Source: an uncultured Clostridia bacterium
GTDB taxonomy: Bacteria; Bacillota; Clostridia; Oscillospirales; JAAYOS01
DNA: 32,000 nucleotides
Assembly (NCBI GenBank): GCA_946566645.1
Contig: CAMNWZ010000005.1
Location: 1 to 32,000 of the forward strand
Direction: 5' to 3'
The translations under genes were made by a program, and so were the position numbers. Below the pieces are notes generated by a model. That model worked only from the letters and a program-made list of their open reading frames with translations. It had not been told where the DNA came from and ran no database searches. Shown here one piece after another: positions 22,582 through 31,809 of the stretch (the stretch's first letter is position 1; every line of letters begins with the position of its first letter).

Positions 22582-24939
22582 ATGCAGTATCTAAAGAAGT
22601 TGCTGGCAGCTACGCTCGTGTTCGCTATGACTTTGGCGTTTGTGCCGGCGGCGTCCGCGCTCGATTTCAACGACAGCGAGGACGTAAGGAACGTGGAGGC
22701 GGTCGAGCTTCTCGTCAGCCTCGGAGTTATCAAGGGTCACGATGACGGACGTTTTGACCCGCAGGGACATCTGACTCGTGCGGAGGCGGCGAAGATAATC
22801 TACGTCGCGACCCGCGGCGAGGACGACGGCGGCAAGATCTTCGCCGGTTCGAACCTGTTCAGCGACGTGCCGCGCGGACTGTGGTCGCAGGGCTACATCA
22901 ACTACGCGTCGGTCATGGAGTTCGTTGAGGGACACGGCGACGGAACCTTCGATCCGGACGGCGACATCACCGGATACGAGTTCCTGAAGATCCTGCTCTG
23001 CGCGCTCGGCTACGACCAGGAGGCAGAGGGATTCATCTACGACACCCGCTGGCAGTACAACGTGCTGACCGTGGCGCTGAAGAAGGGTCTCACCGCCGGC
23101 TTCGAGGGCAGCCTCGAGCAGCCGCTCCAGCGTGACGACGCCGCTCTGTTCGCGGCAAACACCATCTACGCCACCACCGTTCGCTACGACACGAATATGC
23201 GTCCGCAGTCGACCGGTGTGACCTTCGGCGAGGCTAACCTCGGACTGACCACCATCTCCGGCATACTCGTCGCCAACGACAAGGCTGCTCTGGACGGTCA
23301 GAAGATAACCGAGGAGGGTTCGATAATTGCCATCGGCGACAAGACCGTGCTCGTCCCGCTTGCAAGCGAGCGCATCATGCTCGGTTCGGCGGTGAACGCG
23401 CTGGTCAGCGTCAAGAACGGCTCGACCCTCATCGCGGAGGACGGCAGCTACAATTCGGCGGCGATAGCCAAGGGATTCGGCGAGGTTCGCGTTGACAGCG
23501 AGCGCACCGTCGAGCTGGACATCACCAAGGACAAGACCGCCGACGACGTCGAGTACTACATCAACTACAAGAAGGCTGACAAGGCTGCGTTCGACGCGCT
23601 TGGAGCCGGTCACCGCGTGCGTGCCATCTCGAACGACGGCGACAACAAGATAGACATGATAATCGTCGAGAAGATGAGCTTCGGCGAGGTCTCGAACGTC
23701 ACTTCGACCGGCACCGTCACCGTCGGCGGCAGCCGCTACAACAAGGACAACGCTGTCGGATTTGAGGAGCTGAAGAAGGGCGACAAGGTGCTCTACCTCT
23801 CGATAGAGGGCGGCATGACCCACTTCGAGATGCCCGAGACTGTGGTCGGCACCGCGTCGGCTTACACCGACAAGTATGTCATGATCGACGGCACTCGCTA
23901 CGAGCCGGCGACCGGCGTTGCGGGATTCAAGACCGCCGACGCTCCGCTCGGCAAGGAGGCTACCTACTTCCTGCTCGACGGCAAGATAGTCGGATGCTCG
24001 GCTGAGGCTGTCGAAAGCCCGATAAACTACGCTCTGGCGCTGCGTGCGACCCGCGTCGGCTGGGAGTGGCGCGCTGAGCTGGTCGGCATGGACGGCAAGA
24101 AGACCACCTATGTCCTTGCCAACGCCGACGATGTCATCGCGAACGACAAGCTCGCCATGGGTCTGTACGACCTGAAGGTGAACGAGGACGGCGAGGCTGA
24201 GCTGAAGGCGGTTGACACCACCGGACACAGCTCGTCGGATAAGATAGAGTTCGTGAGCGGCACCCCGCGTCTCGGCGACAAGTTCGTAACCTCGAAGACG
24301 ATAATGTTCCTCGAGATAGAGGACGAGTGGAAGGTGTTCACCGGCATGGCAAACATCCCGAGCTTCACCGCCGAGGCGGGCGAGCGCACCATCTACGGCG
24401 CGACCGAGGATCTCTACGGCACCGACGACATGATAAGCATCGCGGTCATCTCCGGCGTCAAGCTGGCGGATGAGCAGAGCGAGAATCACTTCATCGTGCT
24501 CGGCGACGTGCTCAACATCGCGGACGGCAAGAAGAGCTTCGCCGCATGGGACGGCACCGAGGTCAAGAACTTCACCACCACTGTCGACGGCATAGTCAGC
24601 GGCGGCGTGTACAAGTTCACCCTCAACGCCGCGGGCGACGCTGTCACCAAGGCTGAGGCTGTCACCGGTGAGAAGGGCGTTCTGACCCACGCGGACGGCA
24701 TGGTGCTCCGCCTTGCCACCGCCGGAACGACCGACGCTCAGATCATCACCTACACCAAGGACACCAAGGTGATAATCGTCGACCTCAAGGCGAACACCGC
24801 CGAGGCTGCTACGATAGCCGACCTGTCCACCGTCGCGGCGGACGCGGTCGAGGAGATGGAGGAGAGCGAGCAGAACACCATGGTCGTTACCAACGACAAG
24901 GGCGACGCGACCCACGTCTACCAGTTCATCGGCGAGTAA
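22582..24939 (+). CDS. S-layer / cell-surface protein with three N-terminal SLH domains
   Basis: Signal peptide MQYLKKLLAATLVFAMTLAFVPAASA. SLH1: FNDSEDVRNVEAVELLVSLGVIKGHDDGRFDPQGHLTRAEAAKIIY. SLH2: FSDVPRGLWSQGYINYA...GHGDGTFDPDGDITGYEFLKILL. SLH3: RWQYNVLTVALKKGLTAGF... The ATG at 22582 has a strong SD. Confidence 0.85.
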   Translation: MQYLKKLLAATLVFAMTLAFVPAASALDFNDSEDVRNVEAVELLVSLGVIKGHDDGRFDPQGHLTRAEAAKIIYVATRGEDDGGKIFAGSNLFSDVPRGLWSQGYINYASVMEFVEGHGDGTFDPDGDITGYEFLKILLCALGYDQEAEGFIYDTRWQYNVLTVALKKGLTAGFEGSLEQPLQRDDAALFAANTIYATTVRYDTNMRPQSTGVTFGEANLGLTTISGILVANDKAALDGQKITEEGSIIAIGDKTVLVPLASERIMLGSAVNALVSVKNGSTLIAEDGSYNSAAIAKGFGEVRVDSERTVELDITKDKTADDVEYYINYKKADKAAFDALGAGHRVRAISNDGDNKIDMIIVEKMSFGEVSNVTSTGTVTVGGSRYNKDNAVGFEELKKGDKVLYLSIEGGMTHFEMPETVVGTASAYTDKYVMIDGTRYEPATGVAGFKTADAPLGKEATYFLLDGKIVGCSAEAVESPINYALALRATRVGWEWRAELVGMDGKKTTYVLANADDVIANDKLAMGLYDLKVNEDGEAELKAVDTTGHSSSDKIEFVSGTPRLGDKFVTSKTIMFLEIEDEWKVFTGMANIPSFTAEAGERTIYGATEDLYGTDDMISIAVISGVKLADEQSENHFIVLGDVLNIADGKKSFAAWDGTEVKNFTTTVDGIVSGGVYKFTLNAAGDAVTKAEAVTGEKGVLTHADGMVLRLATAGTTDAQIITYTKDTKVIIVDLKANTAEAATIADLSTVAADAVEEMEESEQNTMVVTNDKGDATHVYQFIGE

Positions 24940-24960
24940 GATACACAGATAGACAGACAA

Positions 24961-24988
24961 AAGAGAGAGGTCTTATGACCTCTCTCTT
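24961..24988. terminator. Bidirectional terminator hairpin between convergent genes
   Basis: AAGAGAGAGGTC-ttat-GACCTCTCTCTT is a perfect 12-bp stem. The T-rich run is better on the minus-strand side. Confidence 0.75.
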
Positions 24989-24992
24989 GTCG

Positions 24993-25436
24993 TCACTTCA
25001 GCCACTGTTTCAGTCCGTCCTCACAGCGGTGCTCGAGGTCGATGACCGCCTCGGCGAGATGCTTCGACTCGTCCGACGCGCCGGGGCAGCTGTTCTTCGC
25101 TCCCTCTATCTCGGTCACGCCCATTCCCGCGCCGCGTATCGCCATCTCGGCGAGGTGGGAGGGGGTGGAGTCGAGCGCAGTGTTCATCTTTATCCCGACA
25201 CGGCTCATCATCTTCGTCATCGAGCCGAAGCCCTCCGGCGTCTGATGCAGGCGGTGCAGCCGTCCGAGCGCCGCCGCCTCTATCGCGCGGTACTCCTTGA
25301 GCTGGTTTGTGAACTGATTGCGCAGGGCGTCGTCGTCGGTGACCTTCATCATGTGCTCGGTCGCGCCGGCACCCATCGTCACCGTGCCGTAGACGGTGTT
25401 GAGAAGCTCTATATCGTCGTTTTTTTCGTGTTGCAT
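24993..25436 (-). CDS. Hypothetical protein, predicted all-helical (family not recognised)
   Basis: 147-aa ORF with an AAGGGTG SD and codon usage like the neighbouring genes. I can name no diagnostic motif. Confidence 0.55.
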   Translation of the reverse strand: MQHEKNDDIELLNTVYGTVTMGAGATEHMMKVTDDDALRNQFTNQLKEYRAIEAAALGRLHRLHQTPEGFGSMTKMMSRVGIKMNTALDSTPSHLAEMAIRGAGMGVTEIEGAKNSCPGASDESKHLAEAVIDLEHRCEDGLKQWLK

Positions 25437-25497
25437 CGTTTCACACCCTTTCGAGGTCGTTACGCTGTTATTCTGCGCCGAGCGGGACAGAATAGTC

Positions 25498-25527
25498 TTG
25501 ACAATTACTGCCTGGTTGGAGTATCAT
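25498..25527 (+). promoter_or_regulatory. Candidate sigma-A promoter for the mrp-like gene
   Basis: TTGACA-18 nt-TATCAT. A 7-bp inverted repeat, TATTCTG-n12-CAGAATA (about 25469-25494), lies just upstream of and abutting the -35. Confidence 0.5.
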
Positions 25528-25586
25528 GTTTAATGTAGAATTATGTGTTTGGAATATCTTTCCAAATTGAAGGAGGTTGGTTCAAG

Positions 25587-26462
25587 ATGGCGGAAGACGA
25601 GAAGAACGTCCCCACCGACGAGGTGCCGGAGGACTGCACGCACGACTGCTCGAGCTGCGGCGCAAATTGCCCATCCAAGCAGACCGAGGACGAAAACGGG
25701 CACAAGCTGCCCCATCAGATGAGCTCGATAAAGCGGGTGATAGGCGTCGTAAGCGGCAAGGGCGGCGTGGGCAAGAGCCTAGTCACCTCGCTTATGGCGG
25801 TGAACATGAGCCGCCGCGAGCGCCGCGTGGCGATACTCGACGCCGACGTGACCGGACCGTCGATACCGCGCGCGTTCGGACTTAACAAGAAGGCTCAGGC
25901 GACCGAGTGGGGCATCCTGCCGGTGCGCTCCAAGACGGGAATCGACATCATGTCGGTCAACCTGCTGCTCCAGAACGACACCGATCCGGTGGTCTGGCGC
26001 GGTCCGGTCATATCCGGCGCGGTCGAGCAGTTCTGGACCGACGTGGTCTGGGTGGACGTGGACTATATGTTCATAGATATGCCGCCCGGAACGGGAGATG
26101 TTCCGCTGACCGTGTTCCAGTCGCTGCCGGTGGACGGCATAATCGTCGTCGCAAGCCCGCAGGAGCTGGTCGGCATGATAGTCTCCAAGGCGGTCAAGAT
26201 GGCAAACCTCATGAACATCCCGGTGCTCGGACTGGTGGAGAACATGAGCTATATGGAGTGCCCCGACTGCCACAAAAAGCTCTACCCGTTCGGCGAGGGC
26301 AAGACAAAGAAGGTCGCGGAGGAGTTCGGGCTTCCGATGCTCGGCGAGCTTCCGATAGACCCGTCGCTTGCGAAGAACAGCGACGACGGACTTATAGAGC
26401 TGTACGAGGGCGACTATCTGACCGAGGCTTGCGACCTCATCGAGGAGAAATTCCCGGTGTAA
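25587..26462 (+). CDS. Mrp/NBP35/ApbC-family iron-sulfur cluster carrier ATPase
   Basis: Deviant Walker A VVSGKGGVGKS, a C-terminal CPDC motif and an N-terminal CTHDCSSCGANC motif. I chose the ATG at 25587, with a GAAGGAGG SD. Confidence 0.85.
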   Translation: MAEDEKNVPTDEVPEDCTHDCSSCGANCPSKQTEDENGHKLPHQMSSIKRVIGVVSGKGGVGKSLVTSLMAVNMSRRERRVAILDADVTGPSIPRAFGLNKKAQATEWGILPVRSKTGIDIMSVNLLLQNDTDPVVWRGPVISGAVEQFWTDVVWVDVDYMFIDMPPGTGDVPLTVFQSLPVDGIIVVASPQELVGMIVSKAVKMANLMNIPVLGLVENMSYMECPDCHKKLYPFGEGKTKKVAEEFGLPMLGELPIDPSLAKNSDDGLIELYEGDYLTEACDLIEEKFPV

Positions 26463-26506
26463 TTTCGCGATTTTGAAAAAATTTCGCAAAAATGCGTTTA
26501 CAAGCT

Positions 26507-26535
26507 CGAATTTGTGTGGTACAATAACCATTGCA
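26507..26535 (+). promoter_or_regulatory. Candidate sigma-A promoter for rpsO-pnp
   Basis: TTTACA-17 nt-TACAAT with an extended -10 (TGg). Confidence 0.6.
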
Positions 26536-26541
26536 CGTCTG

Positions 26542-26637
26542 TCGGCAGCGCAGTTTTGGGAGAATGCTCCGCGAGGGAGCGCGTCACCCGCCCGTACTTC
26601 GCTGTACGAAATAAAACATGAAAGGTGATTTTCTATT
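26542..26637 (+). promoter_or_regulatory. rpsO 5' leader of about 95 nt (candidate S15 autoregulatory structure)
   Basis: GC-rich leader with short stems: GGAG-aatg-CTCC and CGTAC-ttcgct-GTACG. The second stem sits next to the AAAGGTGA SD. I could not establish a match to a known leader family by eye. Confidence 0.3.
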
Positions 26638-26904
26638 ATGATGCTGAAGGAAGACAAGACCAAGATCATCGAGGAGAACCGCACCCACGCGACCGACACC
26701 GGCTCGCCGGAGGTTCAGGTGGCTATCCTCACCGAGCGTATCAACACGCTGACCGAGCACCTCAAGACGCACACGCACGATAATCATTCGCGCCGCGGAC
26801 TGCTCGCGATGGTCGGCAAGCGCCGCCGTCTGCTGGACTACCTCATGTCCAAGGACATCGAGCGCTATCGTACGCTTATCGCAAAGCTCGGAATTCGTAA
26901 GTAA
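26638..26904 (+). CDS. rpsO: 30S ribosomal protein S15
   Basis: [49 protein letters not shown] is canonical S15. The start could equally be the second ATG at 26641. Confidence 0.9.
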   Translation: MMLKEDKTKIIEENRTHATDTGSPEVQVAILTERINTLTEHLKTHTHDNHSRRGLLAMVGKRRRLLDYLMSKDIERYRTLIAKLGIRK

Positions 26905-26912
26905 GACCGATG

Positions 26913-26946
26913 GCGGGGCGGTTTATACCGTCCCGCTGTTTTGTTG
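26913..26946 (+). terminator. Intrinsic terminator/attenuator between rpsO and pnp
   Basis: GCGGGGCGGT-ttat-ACCGTCCCGC (one G-U pair) followed by TGTTTTGTTG. Confidence 0.75.
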
Positions 26947-26996
26947 TCGACGTGAAGCCGTTGGAATAATAATTTGGAGACAGGAGTAGAGGAAAA

Positions 26997-29132
26997 ATGA
27001 TCACACATCGCCAGTTCACAAACTACCGCGTTTTCGAGACCGAGATAGCGGGAAAGAAGTTCAGCCTCGAGTACGGCAAGGTCGCCGAGCTCGCAAACGC
27101 CGCGCTCATGTGCCGCTACGGTGAGACCGCGGTGCTCGTCACCGTGACCGCGTCCAAGAAGCCGCGCGAGGGCATAGATTTCTTCCCGCTCTCGATAGAC
27201 TTCGAGGAGAAGCTCTACGCCGCGGGCAAGATACCCGGCTCGTTCAACCGCCGCGAGGGTCGTGCGGGCGAGAAGGCGACGCTCAACGGACGTCTCATCG
27301 ACCGTCCGATGCGCCCGCTGTTCCCGTCGAACATGCGCAACGACGTCGCGATAGTCTGCACCGTCATGAGCCAGGATCCGGACGTTCAGCCGGAGATAGT
27401 CGGCATGATAGGCGCGTCCGCCGCCGTCGCGATCAGCGATGTGCCGTGGAACGGACCGATAGCCGGCACCGCCGTCGGACTTGTGGACGGACAGCTTGTG
27501 CTCAACCCGAACGCCGAGCAGCGCCAGAGGAGCGACCTCGCCCTGACCGTCGCCTCCACCGCAAAGAAGGTGGTCATGATAGAGGCGGGCGCGAACCAGG
27601 TGCCGGAGGACAAGATGTTCGAGGCGATAATGCTCGCCGACGCGGAGAACAAGAAGATAGTCGAGTTTATAAACGGCATGGTCGCCGAGATAGGCAAGCC
27701 TAAGTTCACCCCCGCCGCCGGTTCGTTCGACGAGGAGCTGCTGGCGAAGATCAAGGTCTGGGCGCACGACAAGATACAGTACGCCATGGACACCGACGAC
27801 AAGAACGTCCGCGAGGAGCGCCTCGCTGTCGTTCAGGACGAGATAATAGCCGAGTTCGGCGAGGAGTATCCGCACGTCGTCGAGCAGATGGGCGAGATAA
27901 TGTACAAGGCGCAGAAGGTGGTCGTGCGCGAGTGGCTGATGCAGGGCAAGCGCGTCGACGGCCGTCAGATGGACGAGGTTCGTCCGCTCGCCGCCGAGGT
28001 CGGACTGCTGCCGCGCGTCCACGGCTCGGGACTGTTCACCCGCGGCCAGACGCAGGTGCTCACCAGCTGCACGCTCGGCGTGATAAGCGATCAGCAGAAG
28101 CTGGACAACATCTACGGCGACGAGTTCAAGCGCTATATCCACCACTACAACTTCCCGCCGTATTCGGTCGGCGAGGCGCGCGGACTTCGCGGTCCGGGAC
28201 GCCGCGAGATAGGCCACGGAGCGCTTGCCGAGCGCGCGCTCGAGCCGGTCATCCCGTCGGAGGACGAGTTCCCGTACGCGATACGCCTGGTCAGCGAGGT
28301 TCTCAGCTCGAACGGCTCGACCTCGCAGGGCTCGATATGCGCGTCGACGCTCGCGCTCATGGACGCGGGCGTGCCGATAAAGGAGCCGGTCGCGGGCATC
28401 AGCTGCGGACTTATCGACAACGCCGAGGACGGCACCTGGACGACCTTTACCGACATCCAGGGCGTCGAGGACTTCTACGGCGACATGGACTTCAAGGTCG
28501 GCGGCACCAAGAACGGCATCACCGCCATCCAGATGGATCTGAAGAACGACGGACTCACGCCCGAGATAATCAAGTCGGCGTTCGAGCGCTGCCGCCTGGC
28601 GCGTCTCGAGATACTCGACCAGATAATGCTGCCGGCGATAGCCGCGCCGCGCCGCGAGCTGAGCCGCTTCGCTCCCAAGATGATACGCACCAAGATAGAC
28701 CCGGACAAGATCCGCGAGGTCATCGGCTCGGGCGGAAAGGTCATCCAGAAGATAACCGCCGAGACCGCAACCAAGATAGACATCGAGGAGGACGGCTCCA
28801 TCTTCATCGCGTCGCAGAACATCGAGGACTGCCGCCGCGCGCTGAAGATAATCGACGCCATCGTAAACGACCCGGAGATAGGCTCGATGTTCTACGGCAA
28901 GGTCACCCGCGTGCTTCCGATAGGCGCGATGGTCGAGATCGCCCCCGGCAAGGAGGGTCTCATCCACATCTCCAAGCTGGAGAATCACCGCGTGGAGAAG
29001 GTGGAGGACGTGCTCAATGTCGGCGACATGACCTGGGCAAAGGTCATCAAGATAGACGACCGCGGCCGTATCGACCTCAGCCGCAAGGACGCGCTCGCCG
29101 AGGTGGAGAACAAGGAGTTCCCGCAGATATAA
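26997..29132 (+). CDS. pnp: Polyribonucleotide nucleotidyltransferase (PNPase)
   Basis: 711 aa with two RNase PH domains plus KH and S1 domains. Matching segments include FETEIAGKKFSLEYGKVAELANAA and GRREIGHGALAERAL. It follows rpsO, as is typical. Confidence 0.95.
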   Translation: MITHRQFTNYRVFETEIAGKKFSLEYGKVAELANAALMCRYGETAVLVTVTASKKPREGIDFFPLSIDFEEKLYAAGKIPGSFNRREGRAGEKATLNGRLIDRPMRPLFPSNMRNDVAIVCTVMSQDPDVQPEIVGMIGASAAVAISDVPWNGPIAGTAVGLVDGQLVLNPNAEQRQRSDLALTVASTAKKVVMIEAGANQVPEDKMFEAIMLADAENKKIVEFINGMVAEIGKPKFTPAAGSFDEELLAKIKVWAHDKIQYAMDTDDKNVREERLAVVQDEIIAEFGEEYPHVVEQMGEIMYKAQKVVVREWLMQGKRVDGRQMDEVRPLAAEVGLLPRVHGSGLFTRGQTQVLTSCTLGVISDQQKLDNIYGDEFKRYIHHYNFPPYSVGEARGLRGPGRREIGHGALAERALEPVIPSEDEFPYAIRLVSEVLSSNGSTSQGSICASTLALMDAGVPIKEPVAGISCGLIDNAEDGTWTTFTDIQGVEDFYGDMDFKVGGTKNGITAIQMDLKNDGLTPEIIKSAFERCRLARLEILDQIMLPAIAAPRRELSRFAPKMIRTKIDPDKIREVIGSGGKVIQKITAETATKIDIEEDGSIFIASQNIEDCRRALKIIDAIVNDPEIGSMFYGKVTRVLPIGAMVEIAPGKEGLIHISKLENHRVEKVEDVLNVGDMTWAKVIKIDDRGRIDLSRKDALAEVENKEFPQI

Positions 29133-29144
29133 CGGCGCATACCG

Positions 29145-29170
29145 AAGGGGAGGGCACCCGCCCTCCCCTT
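29145..29170 (+). terminator. Hairpin after pnp (probable terminator)
   Basis: AAGGGGAGGGC-accc-GCCCTCCCCTT is a perfect 11-bp stem. The downstream T-run is weak (TACATTT). Confidence 0.55.
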
Positions 29171-29280
29171 TACATTTACAAATTGTTCACGAACGCTTTA
29201 TTTTTTTCTCAAATTTATCGAATATAATCCTTTTTGTAAGCGATGAAAACGCATACAATATCGCAAAAGGAGCGATCACT

Positions 29281-30873
29281 ATGTTTGATGAGAGAGAGTT
29301 TGAAAACATGAACCCGCAGCAGCCGAGCGAGCAGCCCGCCGAGCCGATGATGAACAGTGAGTCGACGCAGCCGGTCGAACAGCCGGCAGTCGAGCCGATG
29401 ATGAACAACGAGCCGCAGCAGCCGGTGTACGCCGAGCAGGTGCCGCCGAGCTATCAGCCGCAGGAGCAGCCGCAGCCGATGTTCGACCAGGGCAGCTTCG
29501 GTCAGGGACCGCAGTGGAACAACAACGCGCCGCAGTACGGATGGCAGCCGCAGCCGAATTATCAGCCCATGCCCGCGCCGAAAAAGAAGATGGGCAAGGG
29601 GCTCAAGCGCTTCATCGCGGCGATGGTCGCGGTGGCGGTGCTCGGCGGAGGCTTCGGCGTGTTCTCGATATTCTACTCGATAGAGCCGGGCAGTAACGGA
29701 ACGCTGTTCAGCGTCGAGCGCCGCGGCAGCCACGACGACCGCATGGAGATACCCAGCCCCACCGCGGACCCGAACGGCGGCTACGACCTCTACGTCTCCC
29801 CGACGCCGGAGGTGTCGCCGAGCGAGCCGCTCAAGGGCGAGGGCGTAGGCGAGGGCGGTCCGGAGATGAAGCTCGACCACGGCGACTCGAACGGCGCGCT
29901 CACTCCGCAGCAGATCGCGGCGAAGTGCAAGCAGTGGACGGTCGGCGTTGTCGCGACCAAGTACTATGACAGCTACTACTACTTCTCCGGCGCGACCTCC
30001 ACTTCCACCGGGACCGGCATAATCATGTCGAGCGACGGCTATATCATCACCAATCATCACGTCATCGAGAACGCGACCGCGCTGTCGATAATCATGCTCG
30101 ACGGTACCGAGTACGAGGCGAAGCTCATCGGCTCGGATGAAAAGAGCGACCTCGCGGTGCTCAAGATAGACGCGAGCGGACTTCCGGCTGCCGAGTTCGG
30201 CGACAGCGACGCGCTGCTCGTCGGCGACCCGGTCTACGCGATAGGCAACCCGCTCGGACTCGAGCTTATGGGCACCTTCACCGATGGCATTGTCTCGGCG
30301 ATAAACCGCGACGTTACGGTGGACGAGCGCACCATGACGCTCATCCAGACCAATGCGGCGATAAACTCGGGCAACTCGGGTGGCCCGCTGATAAACCAGT
30401 ACGGTCAGGTCGTGGGCATAAACACGCTGAAGATGCAGGACTACTCGACCACCGTCGAGGGACTGGGATTCGCCATCCCGACCAACACCGCCAAGGGTAT
30501 AATCGACGAGCTTGTGACCAGCGGCTACGTCAGCGGATATCCGGCGATAGGACTGCGCTGCGACAACGTGAACGACGCGATGAGCAAGTATTACAAGATA
30601 CCGACCGGCGTGCTTGTGCGCTACGTCAACCCGAACGCCAACGCCTACTTCGCGGGACTTCAGGTCAACGACGTCATCGTCGAGGCGCAGGGCGAGCGCA
30701 TCGAGAACTACAGCGACCTGAGCGCGCTCGTGCAGAAGTGCAAGGCGGGCGACTCGTTCACGCTGAAGGTGTACCACTACAACAGCGGCGAATACGAGGA
30801 TCTGCAATTCGCGCTCAACGACGAGAACGACTTCCAGGACAGCACCGCCATCAACCCGAGCACGCAGGGATAA
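29281..30873 (+). CDS. htrA: HtrA/DegP-family trypsin-like serine protease with a PDZ domain and a Gln/Pro-rich N-terminal region
   Basis: Catalytic-triad contexts ITNHHVI, DLAVLKID and GNSGGPLIN. TM segment FIAAMVAVAVLGGGFGVFSIF. PDZ-like C-terminus. An AAGGAG SD lies 8 nt upstream. Confidence 0.85.
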   Translation: MFDEREFENMNPQQPSEQPAEPMMNSESTQPVEQPAVEPMMNNEPQQPVYAEQVPPSYQPQEQPQPMFDQGSFGQGPQWNNNAPQYGWQPQPNYQPMPAPKKKMGKGLKRFIAAMVAVAVLGGGFGVFSIFYSIEPGSNGTLFSVERRGSHDDRMEIPSPTADPNGGYDLYVSPTPEVSPSEPLKGEGVGEGGPEMKLDHGDSNGALTPQQIAAKCKQWTVGVVATKYYDSYYYFSGATSTSTGTGIIMSSDGYIITNHHVIENATALSIIMLDGTEYEAKLIGSDEKSDLAVLKIDASGLPAAEFGDSDALLVGDPVYAIGNPLGLELMGTFTDGIVSAINRDVTVDERTMTLIQTNAAINSGNSGGPLINQYGQVVGINTLKMQDYSTTVEGLGFAIPTNTAKGIIDELVTSGYVSGYPAIGLRCDNVNDAMSKYYKIPTGVLVRYVNPNANAYFAGLQVNDVIVEAQGERIENYSDLSALVQKCKAGDSFTLKVYHYNSGEYEDLQFALNDENDFQDSTAINPSTQG

Positions 30874-30906
30874 GTCGACATAAATTCTTATAAAACGCAA
30901 AAAGAG

Positions 30907-30937
30907 AGCCGTCTACCGAGCTGGTAGGCGGCTTTTG
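30907..30937 (+). terminator. Intrinsic terminator of htrA
   Basis: AGCCGTCTACC-gagct-GGTAGGCGGCT followed by TTTG. The stem is 11 bp with one G-U pair. Confidence 0.75.
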
Positions 30938-30994
30938 CACACTTTCAACAGGTTTTTCAACAGCGGAATTATGTAAACCGAGCGGATATAGAGA

Positions 30995-31020
30995 GAGGGA
31001 GAGACGCGCGTCCCTCCCTC
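30995..31020 (-). terminator. Hairpin downstream of the GH25 gene
   Basis: GAGGGAGGGACG-cg-CGTCTCTCCCTC on the minus strand, with one mismatch. The U-run is poor. Confidence 0.4.
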
Positions 31021-31029
31021 ATTAAATGT

Positions 31030-31806
31030 TCAACCGAGCAGCCCCAGCCGGTCTATCAGCACGAAGAAGTCCTCGCGAATGAGCGGCGAGTGGAGCATCA
31101 GGTCGCCGTACTGGTTGCCGCGCAGGATGCCAAGCTCTATCGCTTTTGCCACTGCCTCCGCCGCGTAGGGACTGGGCGTGTTGTCCCACGGCCCGTCGAC
31201 CTCCTCCATCTCGGCGATTATCGCGGGGTAGTCCTTGTACGCGACGTTCAGGTCGACGGCGGTGGACACCCCCGGCACCCGCCCGCTCGACGTGTACTGC
31301 CACATCCCGAACTCGCCGGTGTAGGTCGGAGCGGGCGCCCACTGCGCGAGCCACACGTCGTACTCCTCGAGAAGCGACGGCTCGAAGCGGTTGTTAAGCC
31401 AGCTCAGGCTCGCGTAGAGCATCGGATAGTAGCCGGCGGCGCGAATGCGTTCGAGGAAGGTTCTTGCGACCGTGCTCAGCTGCTCGCGGGAAAGTCCCTT
31501 CAGCGACGCGTCCTCTATGTCGTAGGCGACCGGCATGGTCGGGTCGCTGCCGCGTATCAGCTCAAGGCAGAAGTCAGCCTCCTCCGCCGCGCGCTCGGGG
31601 GTGGTGGCGTAGGCGTAGTGGTAGAAGCCGTAGTCCAGCCCCGCAGCCCGCGCGCCGTCGATGTTCCGCTCGAGATAGCTGTCGCGCTGGTCGCTGTTTC
31701 TGCCGTAGCCGCTGCGTATCATCACAAAGTCGATGCCGCTCTGCTTTACGCGCCCGAAGTCTATCTCACCCTGATATTCGCTTATGTCTATGCCGCGAAA
31801 TTCCAT
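31030..31806 (-). CDS. GH25 lysozyme (muramidase) with a C-terminal SLH-like module
   Basis: GIDISEYQGEIDFGRVKQSGIDFVMIRSGYG...GFYHYA...WLAQW...MWQYTSSGRVPGVSTAVDLN is the GH25 signature. The C-terminus YAAEAVAKAIELGILRGNQYGDLMLHSPLIREDFFVLIDRL resembles a single SLH repeat. Confidence 0.85.
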   Translation of the reverse strand: MEFRGIDISEYQGEIDFGRVKQSGIDFVMIRSGYGRNSDQRDSYLERNIDGARAAGLDYGFYHYAYATTPERAAEEADFCLELIRGSDPTMPVAYDIEDASLKGLSREQLSTVARTFLERIRAAGYYPMLYASLSWLNNRFEPSLLEEYDVWLAQWAPAPTYTGEFGMWQYTSSGRVPGVSTAVDLNVAYKDYPAIIAEMEEVDGPWDNTPSPYAAEAVAKAIELGILRGNQYGDLMLHSPLIREDFFVLIDRLGLLG

Positions 31807-31809
31807 ATA

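Noticed and set aside
22591-24960. A 789-aa ORF lies antisense to the entire S-layer gene. Similar gene-length antisense ORFs are 431-2404 (LRR gene), 20861-22348 (glyQS), 26865-28988 (pnp), 29215-30900 (htrA), 17028-17870 (FemX-like gene) and 8662-9480 (kinase).
   Set aside because: Their products are Arg/Ala/Gly/Val/His-rich and low in complexity, with no recognisable motifs. They have no SD or promoter, and each mirrors a confidently identified sense gene. Stop-free antisense frames are an expected by-product of high GC3 codon usage.
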